This document shows, piece by piece, positions 50,901-61,681 of a DNA stretch of 64,000 bases. Both the position numbers and the translations under genes were made by a program. Origin of the DNA: Tubiluchus corallicola (lineage: Eukaryota > Animalia > Priapulida); NCBI GenBank assembly GCA_030141605.1, contig JAQGDQ010000475.1, forward strand, positions 62,001 through 126,000. The letters run 5' to 3'. Every line of letters starts with the position of its first letter. The stretch's first letter is position 1. The notes below the pieces were generated by a model. The model worked only from the letters and a program-made list of their open reading frames with translations. It was not told the origin of the DNA and ran no database searches.

Positions 50901-53670
50901 TTGTTGTTGCAAAGGTTTCCCACCTTGCTTATAAACGTCAGCTGTCAGGAACATAGAGACTATACATTCACAACTCTTTCGATACAAAACACACGGGCAC
51001 TTGTTGTTGCAAAGGTTTCCCACCTTGCTCATAAACGTCAGCTGTCAGGAACATAGAGACTATACATTCACCACTCTTTCGATACAAAACACACAGGTAC
51101 TTGTTGTTGCAAAGGTTTCCCACCTTGCTTATAAACGTCAGCTGTCAGGAACATAGAGACTACACATTCACCACTCTTTCGATACAAAACACACAGGTAC
51201 TTGTTGTTGCAAAGGTTTCCCGCCTTGCTTATAAACGTCAGCTGTCAGGAACATAGAGACTATACATTCACCACTCTTTCGATACAAAACACACAGGTAC
51301 TTATTATCGCAAAGGTTTCCCACCTTGCTTATAAATGTCGGCTGTCAGGAACATAGAGACTATACATTCACCACTCGTTTGATACAAAACACACAGGTAC
51401 TTGTTGTTGCAAAGGTTTCCCACCTTGCTTATAAACGTCAGCTGTCAGGAACATAGAGACTATACATTCACCACTCTTTCGATACAAAACACACGGGTAC
51501 TTGTTGTTGCAAAGGTTTCCCACCTTGCTTATAAACGTCAGCTGTCAGGAACATAGAGACTATACATTCACCACTCGTTTGATACAAAACACATAGGTAC
51601 TTGTCGTCGCAAAGGTTTTCCACCTTGCTCATTTGTTTTATGAGCAGATGCGCTGGCATAGTAGTGTCTAGTTTTTTTTACTGATTCAGTGTTGTGTTTA
51701 CATGTCTTGAGGGCAGTTTTCATTCGTTTCTGAAGTCTGCCTGCCCAGTGTCTACAATAGAGGTAATGGGCATATGATGAGGACGATGAGTTGATCAGAA
51801 ATTGAAATGCAATGTCTACTGTATTATTAATGCTTTTATAAATGCATTTTTATTGCCTCTTCCAATTCGCACGTTTTCACAGATAAGCAGCTTCGAGGAA
51901 AAATTGAATTTTATACGTACTTGTTTGCACATATATTTGTTTGCACATATAAATGTTTGGAACTTTTTAGTAGTTGTTCTATGTAGTATGACTTTTGCTG
52001 GTTTACTAGCACTATGAATGGTTTTACTCGTATGCAGGTACTGTTATTAGTTTAGTAGCACTATATATGGCTCTGCTCGTGTGCAGGTAATGTTACTAGT
52101 TTACTAGCACTATTATATCTTTGCTCGTGTGCAGGCACTATTACTAGTTTACTAGTACTTGAATGATTTTGCTCGTGTGCAGGTACTATTACTAGTTTAC
52201 TAGTACTTGAATGGTTTTGCTCGTGTGCAGGTACTATTACTAGTTTACTAGTACTTGAATGGTTTTGCTCGTGTGCAGGTACTATTACTAGTTTACTAGT
52301 ACTTGAATGGTTTTGCTCGTGTGCAGGTACTATTACTAGTTTACTAGTCCTTGAATGGTTTTGCTCGTGTGCAGGTACTATTACTAGTTTACTAGTACTT
52401 GAATGGATTTGCTCGTGTGCAGGTAGTTTTTCCACCTCTTTTGGCTTATTTCGTCTCTCTTTTACAGACGGAGGAATCTAGAGAGGTGACACATTGTCAG
52501 TTCACGAGTTGGCCGGACTACGGAGTTCCACACTCCGCTGCAGCAATGCTCGATTTCCTCTTCCGTGTGCGCGAGATTCAAGCATCGCGGATGCAGTCGC
52601 TAGGCACAAAGTGGAAAGGACACGAATTGGGACCACCCATTTTGGTACATTGTAGCGCCGGCATCGGAAGAACAGGTATTTGCTGCGCTGATTGTTCGTT
52701 GTGCAAATTAGTGTGAAAAGCGTAATAAATTACCCCCAGACCGGTTTTTTGCATTTTACCCTTTTACCATACGCATCCCAGTAAACCTTTTCTATGACTT
52801 TTTCTAAATATGTTTTGTGCACAAAATACTTTCAGTTATTTATTTTAGGCGCATTGCCTCTCCACGAAATAAAAGTGAAAATGCAATATGTCGACTTTTT
52901 AAAATTGTCGAAACTTTACTTCGCTTGTCTATACATTATACGGGCGATGTATCTGATAAAACAAAATGTCTGTTACTCAAATTACTCTACCTAAAAGAAG
53001 AAAGTAGTAGACAATAAATTCAAAATAACAATGATTTTTGCACACGCGCTAGCAAAGTCGGTTGTCTACAGTTATTCCAGCATAGATAAGGGAACGTAAC
53101 TAAGTGAATTTAAATTTCGTATTACTAGTAAGTCACGTGTCTTTAAGCAGAGGTATAATGTATCCTATGGTGGTCAGCATAACCACAAATTATGCTGTTG
53201 CTGTTTACTAATGAAACACGTTTATCAAAAGTAATTTATGAATTATGGTGGGGGTAATTTTTTACCCCCCGGTTACCAAAATCGGATGTAAAAAATCGTG
53301 ACCCTATAAGGGTTAACAGATGAAACCTGGCTAGTGTTTTTTAGAAGTTGATAGAAAAGTAAATGTAATCATCGACATTATCGGTCACTTTCTGACCATT
53401 TGGTCATTTTCAGTTTTGGTCAGCTCATCTGCTTATTTTTCAGGAACGTTCTGCACGCTGGACATCTCCTTGGCTCAGCTAGCCGACGTCGGAACGGTGA
53501 ATGTGGAGTGCACGGTTCAGCGGATCCGCTCCCAGCGCGCCTACAGCATCCAGATGCCCGATCAGTACGTCTTCTGTCACCTAGCGGTCATCGAGTACGC
53601 CCTCAACGAAGGTCTTCTGGACGACGTCGACCTGACCGGCTTCGACGACAGCGACGACGACAGCGACTGA
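31825..53670 (+). CDS. PTPN9: Tyrosine-protein phosphatase non-receptor type 9 (PTP-MEG2; CRAL-TRIO/Sec14 plus PTP domain), complete, 12 exons, 671 aa
   Basis: Exons 31825-31857, 32491-32634, 37136-37225, 39036-39160, 41482-41587, 42649-42759, 44085-44665, 45500-45660, 48128-48206, 50246-50396, 52468-52675 and 53444-53670 join in phase. Sec14 motifs RFLMARKF and [17 protein letters not shown]; PTP motifs [39 protein letters not shown]. Confidence 0.96.
32491..32634 (+). CDS. PTPN9: PTPN9 exon 2
   Basis: [48 protein letters not shown]. Confidence 0.94.
32835..33530 (-). mobile_element. LINE 3' fragment containing a 74-bp x4 tandem (32926-33222)
   Basis: Degenerate minus-strand peptide [10 protein letters not shown]...LLKLLLFG...[18 protein letters not shown], then 3' UTR and AATAAA. 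Confidence 0.6.
35188..35748 (-). mobile_element. RTE-clade LINE 3' fragment (same family)
   Basis: [44 protein letters not shown]; (CAT)n tail on the plus strand. Confidence 0.8.
36470..36755. mobile_element. GGAGTC-repeat hAT-like MITE remnant
   Basis: Clustered GGAGTC(G) subterminal repeats ending CACAGCCCTG. Confidence 0.55.
37136..37225 (+). CDS. PTPN9: PTPN9 exon 3
   Basis: [30 protein letters not shown]. Confidence 0.92.
37317..37767. mobile_element. TTAA-flanked (Kolobok-like) MITE family H
   Basis: TTAA|AGGACAAGAAAA...TTTTCTTATCCT|TTAA; related ends near 13955, 14241, 26693 and 62201. Confidence 0.75.
39036..39160 (+). CDS. PTPN9: PTPN9 exon 4
   Basis: [41 protein letters not shown]. 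Confidence 0.93.
39193..39398. repeat. GA-rich polypurine microsatellite
   Basis: Direct reading; similar tracts at 32675-32800 and (CT)n at 107-165. Confidence 0.95.
39850..40386 (-). mobile_element. TTAA-flanked MITE family J
   Basis: TTAA|AGGAAAACCGGATG...CATCCGGTTTTTCT|TTAA. Confidence 0.8.
40573..41025 (+). mobile_element. Tigger/pogo-like MITE family D
   Basis: CAGTGTTCCCTCGCT...AGTGAGGGAACACTG|TA. Confidence 0.85.
41130..41447 (+). mobile_element. tRNA-derived SINE with microsatellite tail
   Basis: Degenerate A-box and B-box GTTCGAATC (41181). Central GGTCATACCGAAGACTTTAGAAATGGTACCTGC resembles the MetaSINE core from memory. AATAAA followed by (ATT)n(GTT)n tail. Confidence 0.65.
41482..41587 (+). 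CDS. PTPN9: PTPN9 exon 5
   Basis: [35 protein letters not shown]. Confidence 0.95.
41826..42286. mobile_element. hAT MITE
   Basis: CAGGGGGTGTGCAAATT...AATTTACACACCCCTG; TSD CTTTAATG/CTCTAATG; GGCCCG subterminal repeats. Confidence 0.85.
42649..42759 (+). CDS. PTPN9: PTPN9 exon 6
   Basis: [37 protein letters not shown]. Confidence 0.95.
42797..43312. repeat. 134-bp tandem x~4
   Basis: Units at 42797, 42931, 43065, 43199. Confidence 0.95.
43780..44037. repeat. Compound (TTAC)n/(TGAC)n microsatellite
   Basis: Direct reading. Confidence 0.95.
44085..44665 (+). CDS. PTPN9: PTPN9 exon 7 (end of Sec14 plus linker)
   Basis: [26 protein letters not shown]...[22 protein letters not shown]. Confidence 0.93.
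45500..45660 (+). CDS. PTPN9: PTPN9 exon 8
   Basis: [20 protein letters not shown]...[22 protein letters not shown]. Confidence 0.96.
45710..46213 (+). mobile_element. MITE family A
   Basis: TIRs CAGGGATGAGAAT...ATTCTCATCCCTG. Confidence 0.85.
46460..46914. mobile_element. piggyBac-like MITE
   Basis: TTAA|CCCTTT...AAAGGG|TTAA. Confidence 0.75.
48128..48206 (+). CDS. PTPN9: PTPN9 exon 9
   Basis: [27 protein letters not shown]. Confidence 0.95.
48393..48918 (+). mobile_element. MITE family A
   Basis: TIRs; imperfect flank duplication ATTTGTT/TTTTGTT. Confidence 0.85.
48938..49287 (+). mobile_element. MITE family K
   Basis: CAGGGGGGGAGCATCGAAC start; TTCGAA repeats. Confidence 0.65.
49406..50141 (+). 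mobile_element. family B, opposite orientation
   Basis: Reverse complement of 6217-6912 and 182-426; starts A|TCTGTATAATTAATTTCGGTGG. Confidence 0.7.
50246..50396 (+). CDS. PTPN9: PTPN9 exon 10
   Basis: [50 protein letters not shown]. Confidence 0.94.
50331..51630 (+). repeat. 100-bp tandem x13 derived from the PTPN9 exon 10 / intron junction
   Basis: The first unit overlaps the last 66 nt of exon 10 and its donor; period exactly 100. Confidence 0.97.
51995..52425. repeat. 48-bp tandem x9
   Basis: TTTTGCTCGTGTGCAGGTACTATTACTAGTTTACTAGTACTTGAATGG. Confidence 0.95.
52468..52675 (+). CDS. PTPN9: PTPN9 exon 11 (WPD and P-loop)
   Basis: [10 protein letters not shown]...[15 protein letters not shown]. 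Confidence 0.97.
53444..53670 (+). CDS. PTPN9: PTPN9 exon 12 (Q-loop, stop)
   Basis: TFCTLDISL...[26 protein letters not shown]...DDDSD*. Confidence 0.96.
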
Positions 53671-54366
53671 TATTTGCTCAGTCTTTTGTAGTTTTTATCC
53701 ACGGTCATTCGAGGCGGTCACCGTTGGTGTCCGAGTTCGGTACCGCTGGACGTTATTAGTTAATCGAAGAGAGACAGATGAATGTCCTCCTGCCGAGACA
53801 AAGAGGCAGACATAGAGAAAATTTTGACTATTCTCGTTTGTACGTTGTTTACGAAAGTCGATGTTCTTCGTGTACAGAGAAATGGTGTACTTCTTAACTT
53901 TAATAGACACTTTTATGCACCTCCCGGTACGGAGGTGGAATTACGGACAGACATTTGTGTTGCGCTAAGATAGTATTAAGCTACTCTCCCGTTCCCACAC
54001 GTGCTAATATAATCGTCTTCCGTCAACACCTGTCTAATTGCTCCATTAGTGCACCCGAGGATTTTTCCCTTAGCTCCAGCATCTCAACATTCTCTTAGCC
54101 GGAAGAGCTTGAGTCGGGTGATTACGTTGCTCGTTTGTCGAGACGATGAGCTTCCAAAAGACGCGGCAGTTCTTACAGCTCAACCTTTGCGCGATTTTTT
54201 CAGCGTCGTTCGGCGGCGGAGAGGCGGAAGCGCTTTTTTAAAATCCGTTTTAATCTCGTCAATTAGAAACTGCGGCGATGCACTCGCTGAGAAAGTTCTG
54301 CTGATGACGTTGAGTTTTTCTTGATACGGTGAATTCGGCGGTTGTGCGGATTATGCAATCATTCAT

Positions 54367-54730
54367 CACTAGCAAAGGCCCCGCAAAAAATTTTATGTAT
54401 AAATTCACTTATAATCAAAAATATGCGAACATCAGCTTTTACTGAATTAAAGTTATAAGGTTATAGGCAGAGTATAATGGATGACGTCAGAACAATGGCT
54501 TTGCCAAGCGAAAATTGCCAAAAATAGAACATCCAATTAACTGCTCGCTACTCCTCTTGGTAGACGTGTAGTAAAATATAACCTACATCATCGTGCAGCC
54601 CTGTTCCTCCTCTTTCTAAAGAGCCATATATCTCCTTTCGAGAGTCCCACCGGGCGCCGCTAGAATGGTTCTTCTGCAGGCTGGTTAACCAAAATTTCGA
54701 AAAAATCGCGAGTTGGGTCCGGGAAAACGT
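54367..54730 (-). mobile_element. family B, truncated copy downstream of the PTPN9 stop
   Basis: CACTAGCAAAGGCCCCGC... colinear with 6217-6625. Confidence 0.7.
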
Positions 54731-55635
54731 CAGTGGAAAATCTATTACAAAATCGCTATTAATAGCTCATGACTAACTCATGAATAGCGTGTATGTTAAA
54801 GGTAGTAATTTGGCAGATGAACAATTTATCTTCAGATTACTACACAATTTTTACTTTTCGTCGTAGGTTTGTTTTAGGGTTCATCTCTACTTACGGCCAA
54901 ATCCTCTTGAATCGTGCGTGTGTCACATCCGTTTAACTGCAGTTGCCTAACTTTTTACGAAGCCATTTGACCTCTAACGTTGCCAAACGTCCAGCATGTG
55001 GCTTCCAACGCCCAGCGTCGAGCATCGACGGGGTAGCAAACTTGGCGTCTGGCTCTCAGTTTGTGTCTGACGTCTTGCATCTTGGTCTCCAGCATCTTGG
55101 ATTCGCTGGGGCATAAAAGCTTCCGCTATCCAATGTCTAAACAGTAAAACAAAATGGACGATGACGCTAGGCGCCATACGCTCAAAAACAAAAGAAGAAC
55201 TTTCGTATCCCGCTGCCATAGTCTTTAGTTTCATCGCCCCGTTGACAATACATATGTTCTTTATCACTTCAAAACACCGGACTCTACCGTATGATTGGCA
55301 TTCCCGTTATTAAATTCAACCGTGAATTATTGTCATTCATTACAGTTTTTGGATGTCTCTAGCCCCCCCTTACCCCTACCACTCCCCCCCCCCCCGCCGA
55401 TTCCACCTGGTGTGAGGTCAGAACTTGTGATGTCGTCGCATAATTGAGCGCAGTACCGTAATAACGACTTGAGTTGCAGCGTTTTCGTCGTCTGTTTTAG
55501 CGTAAGGTTAACTATAGTAATATATTACACGTGATATGCGAAAGAGAATTTGTATATATAGTGATGTCGTCAGTGGTTCTAGTAATTTATTATCTAGAAG
55601 TTATTGATTTTTTGTCACACTGGAAATATGTGTAG

Positions 55636-55725
55636 GTAATAATAATAATAATAATGATGATAATAATCATAATAATAATAACAACAACAGCTGTAATAAT
55701 AATAATAACAACAACAACAACAACA

Positions 55726-55783
<58 letters not shown>

Positions 55784-55920
55784 ATAATAATAATAATAAT
55801 AAACAACAACAACTACTGCTTCTGCTACTACTACTACTACTACTTCTACTACTGTTGTTGTTGTTATTATTGTTATTATTATTTTTATCATTATTATTAT
55901 TATTATTATATTAATATTAA
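55636..55920. repeat. Compound trinucleotide microsatellite (AAT/AAC/ACT/TTG/TTA)
   Basis: Direct reading. Confidence 0.95.
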
Positions 55921-56440
55921 TAAGATGTACGGCGATAAAGTATTATTAGAAGTTCAGTTTTATTAAGAATATTATTAATAATAATGCATAAAATGAATGT
56001 TATTATTTATTTTCAGTAGAGCCTGCTTACATTACTAGTAGTTCTTTTGAGATCTTATTTGCCTGTTATTTATCATTGCTTAACTGTTTTTATCCAAACA
56101 ATGCAGATAATGTTGTTTTTTCTCACCTGTGCAAAGTACCAAAATAGGTATTATAGCTAGTTGATCATGTGGCTGGATGTTTTTAAAAATCTCGCAAGTT
56201 AAGCATAATTTATTAAGCAGCCCGAATGGATGGGTGGCTTTCCAGTGTTGTCTCTTCGCACAGGTATCTGCTGATATTTATGGGATATAACCGAGAATCT
56301 TCGTTCAATATGGGGTATCTTCAAAGACAACGTGGCATGTTCCGTATGAACTTTGGTGCATTTTGTCTGCGGAAATGCTCAATGCGGAATTGAGTTTACA
56401 CTACTCAATACAGAAAAAGTGCAGAATCTATTGATTAGAC

Positions 56441-56793
56441 TAGGGGCGAGCATGGAACATTCAAATTCGATTCAAACGGTTTTTTTAATTCCCATTCGAT
56501 TCAAACGTAAAGTTATAGATTCCAATAGTTTAGCTGCTTGCGTCCTTTTTCACTAAAACGTTTGAAACGTCTTACAATCGTCACGATTTGGCCGCGACTT
56601 CTCTGCACAATTGTTAAACACATTGCCAGCATTTTTGTTGCGGAACAAATTCAAGTAATATGCAAGATCTTTGCAAGACCGCTTTTTATTCATGACTCGA
56701 AAACCTTTAAAACCGAATTAGGAATCCTGAAGTTTGGTTTGATTCGAGTTCGAAAGTGGCAAATTCGATTCGACTTCGCTTTCTTGTAGAGAA
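56441..56793 (+). mobile_element. MITE family K
   Basis: TAGGGGCGAGCATGGAAC start; shared end TCGCTTTCTTGTAGAGAA. Confidence 0.6.
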
Positions 56794-56796
56794 TTC

Positions 56797-57036
56797 TCAC
56801 CTCTCTTTCACGCTGCACAAGGACTTGGTACCAGTCATAGCTCATAGTTACTATGTTACTAGTAGTGTTACTAAAATTTCACCTCTATTTCACACTGCAA
56901 AAGGACTTGGTTCCAGTGATGGCTCATAGTTACTATGTTACTAGTAGTGTTACTAAAATTTCACCTCTATTTGACACTGCAAAAGGTCTTGGTTCCAGTG
57001 ATGGCTCGTAGGTACTATGTTACTAGTAGTGTTACT
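56797..57036. repeat. 82-bp tandem x3
   Basis: Units at 56797, 56879, 56961. Confidence 0.9.
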
Positions 57037-57706
57037 TCAGAAAAATTTTAGCCACTGTTTTAATACTGTGTGAAACGAAACAATCTTACAACTGTAAGTT
57101 TCATCGTTGTAGTTTTTGTAATTGTAATTTTAAACAAACAAACGTACGAAATCTCGTAATTAAAAAATTGATAAAATGCTAAACAAAAACAATTTTTTGT
57201 CTGCAAAAAGCCTAAATTGCCTCATTTCAAGAATATGCCGATGCACGGTTTTGAAGCACGTGAAAACTGACAACAAACTGTGTGAGCAGTACTTTTTTTA
57301 CCTAGCAGCCACACTAGCAGTGGAGCATACGGCTTGTTATCTCAGACACATGCGCATGGCCGCATGCGCACAACAGCCAAACACACCACTGTGCTGAGCA
57401 GTTAAGCAAACAGTACTACCCTCATGCGCTCTAGTTCCGTAAAGAAAGAACTAAAGAAAAAAGATTTATTATAATAAATATTATCGATAATATTGAGTGA
57501 AAATAGGGGGTGCTGCTGCACTACGGTACCTATAGACGAGCCGCCACTGCTTGGTTCATGGACATCAATCGAATCAAAAGCGAAAAATAAGAAGGAAAGT
57601 TTTTGTTTACTCTGCTTTGACAAAATTTGTGCCGTGTCACAACTGTTAATTCGAGTTTTCTCACATGGTGCCAGTGTGCGTTAGTTTGCATATGCGCATA
57701 TGTTGG

Positions 57707-57968
57707 AAACTCGTTTGCATGGTAAATGCTTTCATTCTCTTCCTAAACTGGTCCTTGCACTACTGGTTACAAAGCTTTGACGAATCACACGTGCATGTGC
57801 TGCCATCTGCAAACCGGAAACAGAGTTAATAGTCTGCTAGAAACTCGTTTGCAGGGTAAATGCTTTCATTCTCTTCCTAAACTGGCCCTTGCACTACTGG
57901 TTACAAAGCTTTGACGAATCACACATGCGTGTGCTGCCATCTGTAAACCGGAAACAGAGTTAATAGTC
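57707..57968. repeat. ~133-bp tandem duplication
   Basis: GAAACTCGTTTGCA at 57707 and 57840. Confidence 0.9.
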
Positions 57969-58415
57969 TTCTGCACTGCTTTTAGATCGAGCAACTAGTC
58001 TTTACTAGTAGGTTTAATTAGAGGGCTCTTTCTATTATTTCCTATATTTTATTCGTGTAGCATTGTTTGATGACGCGTACATCACACCTTTCTGTACATA
58101 AATTACTGAATATAATAATTATCATTATGTAAGGATATGTAATGTATCATCGTTATCATTATGTAACAATAAATCCAGCCCTTTATCATGCTACGGACCC
58201 TGTTGTAAAGTTGTACGTAATTTTAAATGTTATTATTGAGTTAATGATGACTGAGTAAGATATTAGTCCAAGTTTCGGATGTTGGTTATTGTGTCTATTG
58301 TGTATCCAAGGTGTTTTATTGTCAGTACCAAAAAAGGAATTAAAAACGTGTATATTTCTTTATATGGGAATCATCCGTTTTGACGTGTTTTTTTTATCAT
58401 TTGTTTAGCATTGAA

Positions 58416-59892
58416 AACATGATTCTGTTCACCTCACTATGCCAGATTATCATCATCATCCAACGAATCATACGTCCAGGGACATGATTCTGTTCACCTC
58501 CCTATGCCAGATCATCGTCATCATTATCATCATCATCATCGTCATCCAATGAATCACACGTCCAGGTACATGATTCTGTTCACCTCCCTACGTCATCATC
58601 CAATGAATCACACGTCCAGGGACATGATTCTGTTCACCTCCCTATGCCAGATCATCGTCATCATTATCATCATCGTCATCCAATGAATCACACGTCCAGG
58701 TACATGATTCTGTTCACCTCCCTACGCCACATCATCATCATCATCATCCAATGAATCACACGTCCAGGGACATGATTCTGTTCACCTCCCTATGCCAGAT
58801 CATCGTCATCATTATCATCATCGTCATCCAATGAATCACACGTCCAGGTACATGATTCTGTTCACCTCCCTACGTCATCATCCAATGAATCACACGTCCA
58901 GGGACATGATTCTGTTCACCTCCCTATGCCAGATCATCATCCAATGAATCATACGTCCAGGTACATGATTCTGTTCACCTCCCTACGTCATCATCCAATG
59001 AATCACACGTCCGGGGACATGATTCTGTTCACCTCCCTATGCCAGATCATCATCCAATGAATCATACGTCCAGGGACATGATTCTGCTCACCTCCCTATG
59101 CCACGACTCCTTGCTTGCCGCAATGCCCCAAGTACATTTATTTCTAAGGATTAATGCTGAAGTGTTTAAATACTCCAGTTTCAAATCAACATGATCATTA
59201 CACAAGATATTCTGTCGAAAACTATGTACTCCCCCTTCCAAAAACAAATATAATGAAACAGTCATCAAAATATAATGCTATTAAAATATGGCCATCAATT
59301 CCGAGTGAAATGAAAACTCTTAATCTTTATCAGTTTAAAAAACAATCAAAGAATTACCTACTACAACGGTATAATTAACTCACAATTTTACTCATCATGA
59401 TCTTAAGTTACTAACAAAACTTATTTTGTTCTGATGTACGCTATAACTTATGAAAATGTAATGTTAATTGTCAATCGTTTCACTTATCTGGAGGAGGACT
59501 CGAAAGCTCAATGCTCCTTCCTTCTCCTCACAGTAACTCGCATAGTTTATTTTTTTCAATGTCAATCAATTTATATGTATGTTTTAGTTACTGTGGAACA
59601 AATTCATAATTCATCTTTCTGTGCAAAATCTAAATTTGTTAACATTTGTCCTCCTGCAGGTTTTTTTAGCCCTTCAACAAGCCCAATCCATCTTAAACGC
59701 CGTCTTTTTATTTTTCTTGTCCAAGGTTCTTCTTTTATTTTTTCATATAGATCTTTGTTTGAAATTTTCTTTGGCCATCTAGTACCCAAAATGTTTCTGT
59801 AATTTCGCCTTTGAAACGCATCGATTTCAGCTTCATGATTTGCTTTTAATGTCCAGAGCTCAGAGTTGTACAGAAATTCAGTTTCAACTAAT
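58416..59892 (-). mobile_element. RTE-clade LINE 3' fragment with tandemly amplified 3' end and a nested insertion
   Basis: Same family as 25424-26129; 3' terminal unit repeated across 58416-59102. Confidence 0.8.
59171..59613 (+). mobile_element. CR1/L2-group LINE 3' fragment nested in the RTE copy
   Basis: Splits the RTE sequence GTGTTTAAA|TCTTTCTGTGC; peptide HDHYTR...KYNAIKIWPSIPSEMK...FKKQSKNYL. Confidence 0.65.
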
Positions 59893-61328
59893 GAATTTTA
59901 CAGACCATAAAAGTGTAAATTGATAAAAATCGACTAAGATGATAATATTTGATATTCATTTAGTGTTTCATCATAGCTGGCACAGAGATTCTCCCCAATG
60001 TGCAATACAAAAAAAATGTGCAAGATTCACACTTGAAAACCGGATGATTGTGTAAACATTAGTTTAGAATAAAGAACCACTAATTTAAAATCATTGATTA
60101 CTTCATCGATCTCTTTCTCCACCTGGTACAGTAAGTTATCTACCTTTCCTTTCCGAATTCTTTGCCGTTGTGCTTTTGTTGTCACCTTTACCTGTGAACC
60201 ACCCACTCAAAGTCACTGAATACCCAATCTTAGTTACTCATCTACCTCTTGTTATGAGATGCAAAATGTTTGTCAATGAGCTCCTTGCAGTTTTATAACC
60301 TCCTTTCTCTATTGGTTTTTAAACTTTCATCTCCCTTGACTTTAATCCACCCACTCAAGGTCACCGACCACTTCTCCAATGTGACTTCCTCACTTGGTAC
60401 AGTAAGAGGAGTACCTTTGCTTGTCCAGCCGCTCATAGTCCTTACTTGTTGTAAACTTTGATCTTAAACTGCCCCCCCCCATGTCACCACCTACCCAACA
60501 ATTTTTCTCCCATTTCTTGCTATGACCTGCTTAAGTTTGATGACTTAGCTCCTTAACAATTCTAGAGTTCTAAGACACAGTTGAAGTGACAGTTACATAC
60601 GTAATCCGAATAATAAATAAATAATTTCTGGGTTGGAAAGTTGTGTTTTGACTATTCAATGAGTTTGACTATTTTTAAACAGTGCTGCACTTTCGTATTC
60701 GTCCCCTGCCTGCTTACTCTCTAAACCACTAGGTGAGATGTTTGCACATTATTTGTCCCTGGTGGTCAGTGTAATTTACAACATGCAGCATTTGAATGTT
60801 TTCGTCTGAAGACGAAACAATGGCAAAGTTTTATATAACGTGATCTTGAGTCTACCTACACCTCCGTTGGCTTGCCCTTGAGGTCTTTTAGGGGTGGTTA
60901 AACTCGCTGGTTGGTCCGAGATTACAGCCTCGCTGTCAACTTACGCTGACTTAATTTGGCATTTACAGCAGTACAATTACGCAAGCCACTATATAGTAAA
61001 TTTATTATAATTTATAGTGTTAATACTTTTTACAGTAACTTAAGTCGCAAAAAACTTCCCTCTCAAGTTATATATCACCATCACGCCTAACTACTTCAAA
61101 GACTTGGTCACTTTGCCTCTTAACAATTGTTGATTTGTAAGACAATCACTTACACTGGGTTTATTATGGACAACTTCCAGAAGTGGTCGAGCTTTGTTTA
61201 CTCCACGTATCTCTCTTGTCTGCTTCCTTTATACTTAACAGGATAACCTATAGTGTTCCAGTGTCAGCAGTGTGTCCTACCTAAATTTAGTGTTGATGTT
61301 TTGTGTTTACATAAAAATGTAACATGGT

Positions 61329-61665
61329 CAGGGACGGCTCTAGGTAGTTTGAGGTGCTCTAGGCAAAAATTTTTTAGCGCCCTCTCTTCCACCTAAAATT
61401 TTTGGCGCCCTCTTTTCCACGGAGAATTTTTAGGGCCCTCCCTTCAACGCTCAATCCCTTCTCCCGCTGCCGCCTCCACCATACCCTCAAAATTGAATTT
61501 GTAGTGACAATATTATAAAGTATAATGGTAGTTTGTAATTGGTGCATGTTCTAGCCCTCTTGATTTATTAAGCACAATTGTTCATAATTGTTATCACTTA
61601 TGCTAAACTTAAAAATTAGAGACTTCTAAAATTTGGCGCCCCTCCAAAATTTGTTGCCCCAGCTA
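61329..61665 (+). mobile_element. hAT-like MITE remnant
   Basis: CAGGGACGGCTCTAGG start with GGCGCCC subterminal repeats. Confidence 0.5.
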
Positions 61666-61681
61666 ACTACTTAGCTTGTTT

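Noticed and set aside
1954-53670. U12-type or non-canonical introns
   Set aside because: All 26 inferred introns are GT-AG and none has the GTATCC/ATATCC donor.
54886-54950. Second 5S-like start (CTTACGGCCAAATC...)
   Set aside because: Similarity fades after ~20 nt; insufficient evidence.
60100-60600. Possible decayed retroelement ORF on the minus strand
   Set aside because: Purine bias is suggestive, but no motif could be recognised.
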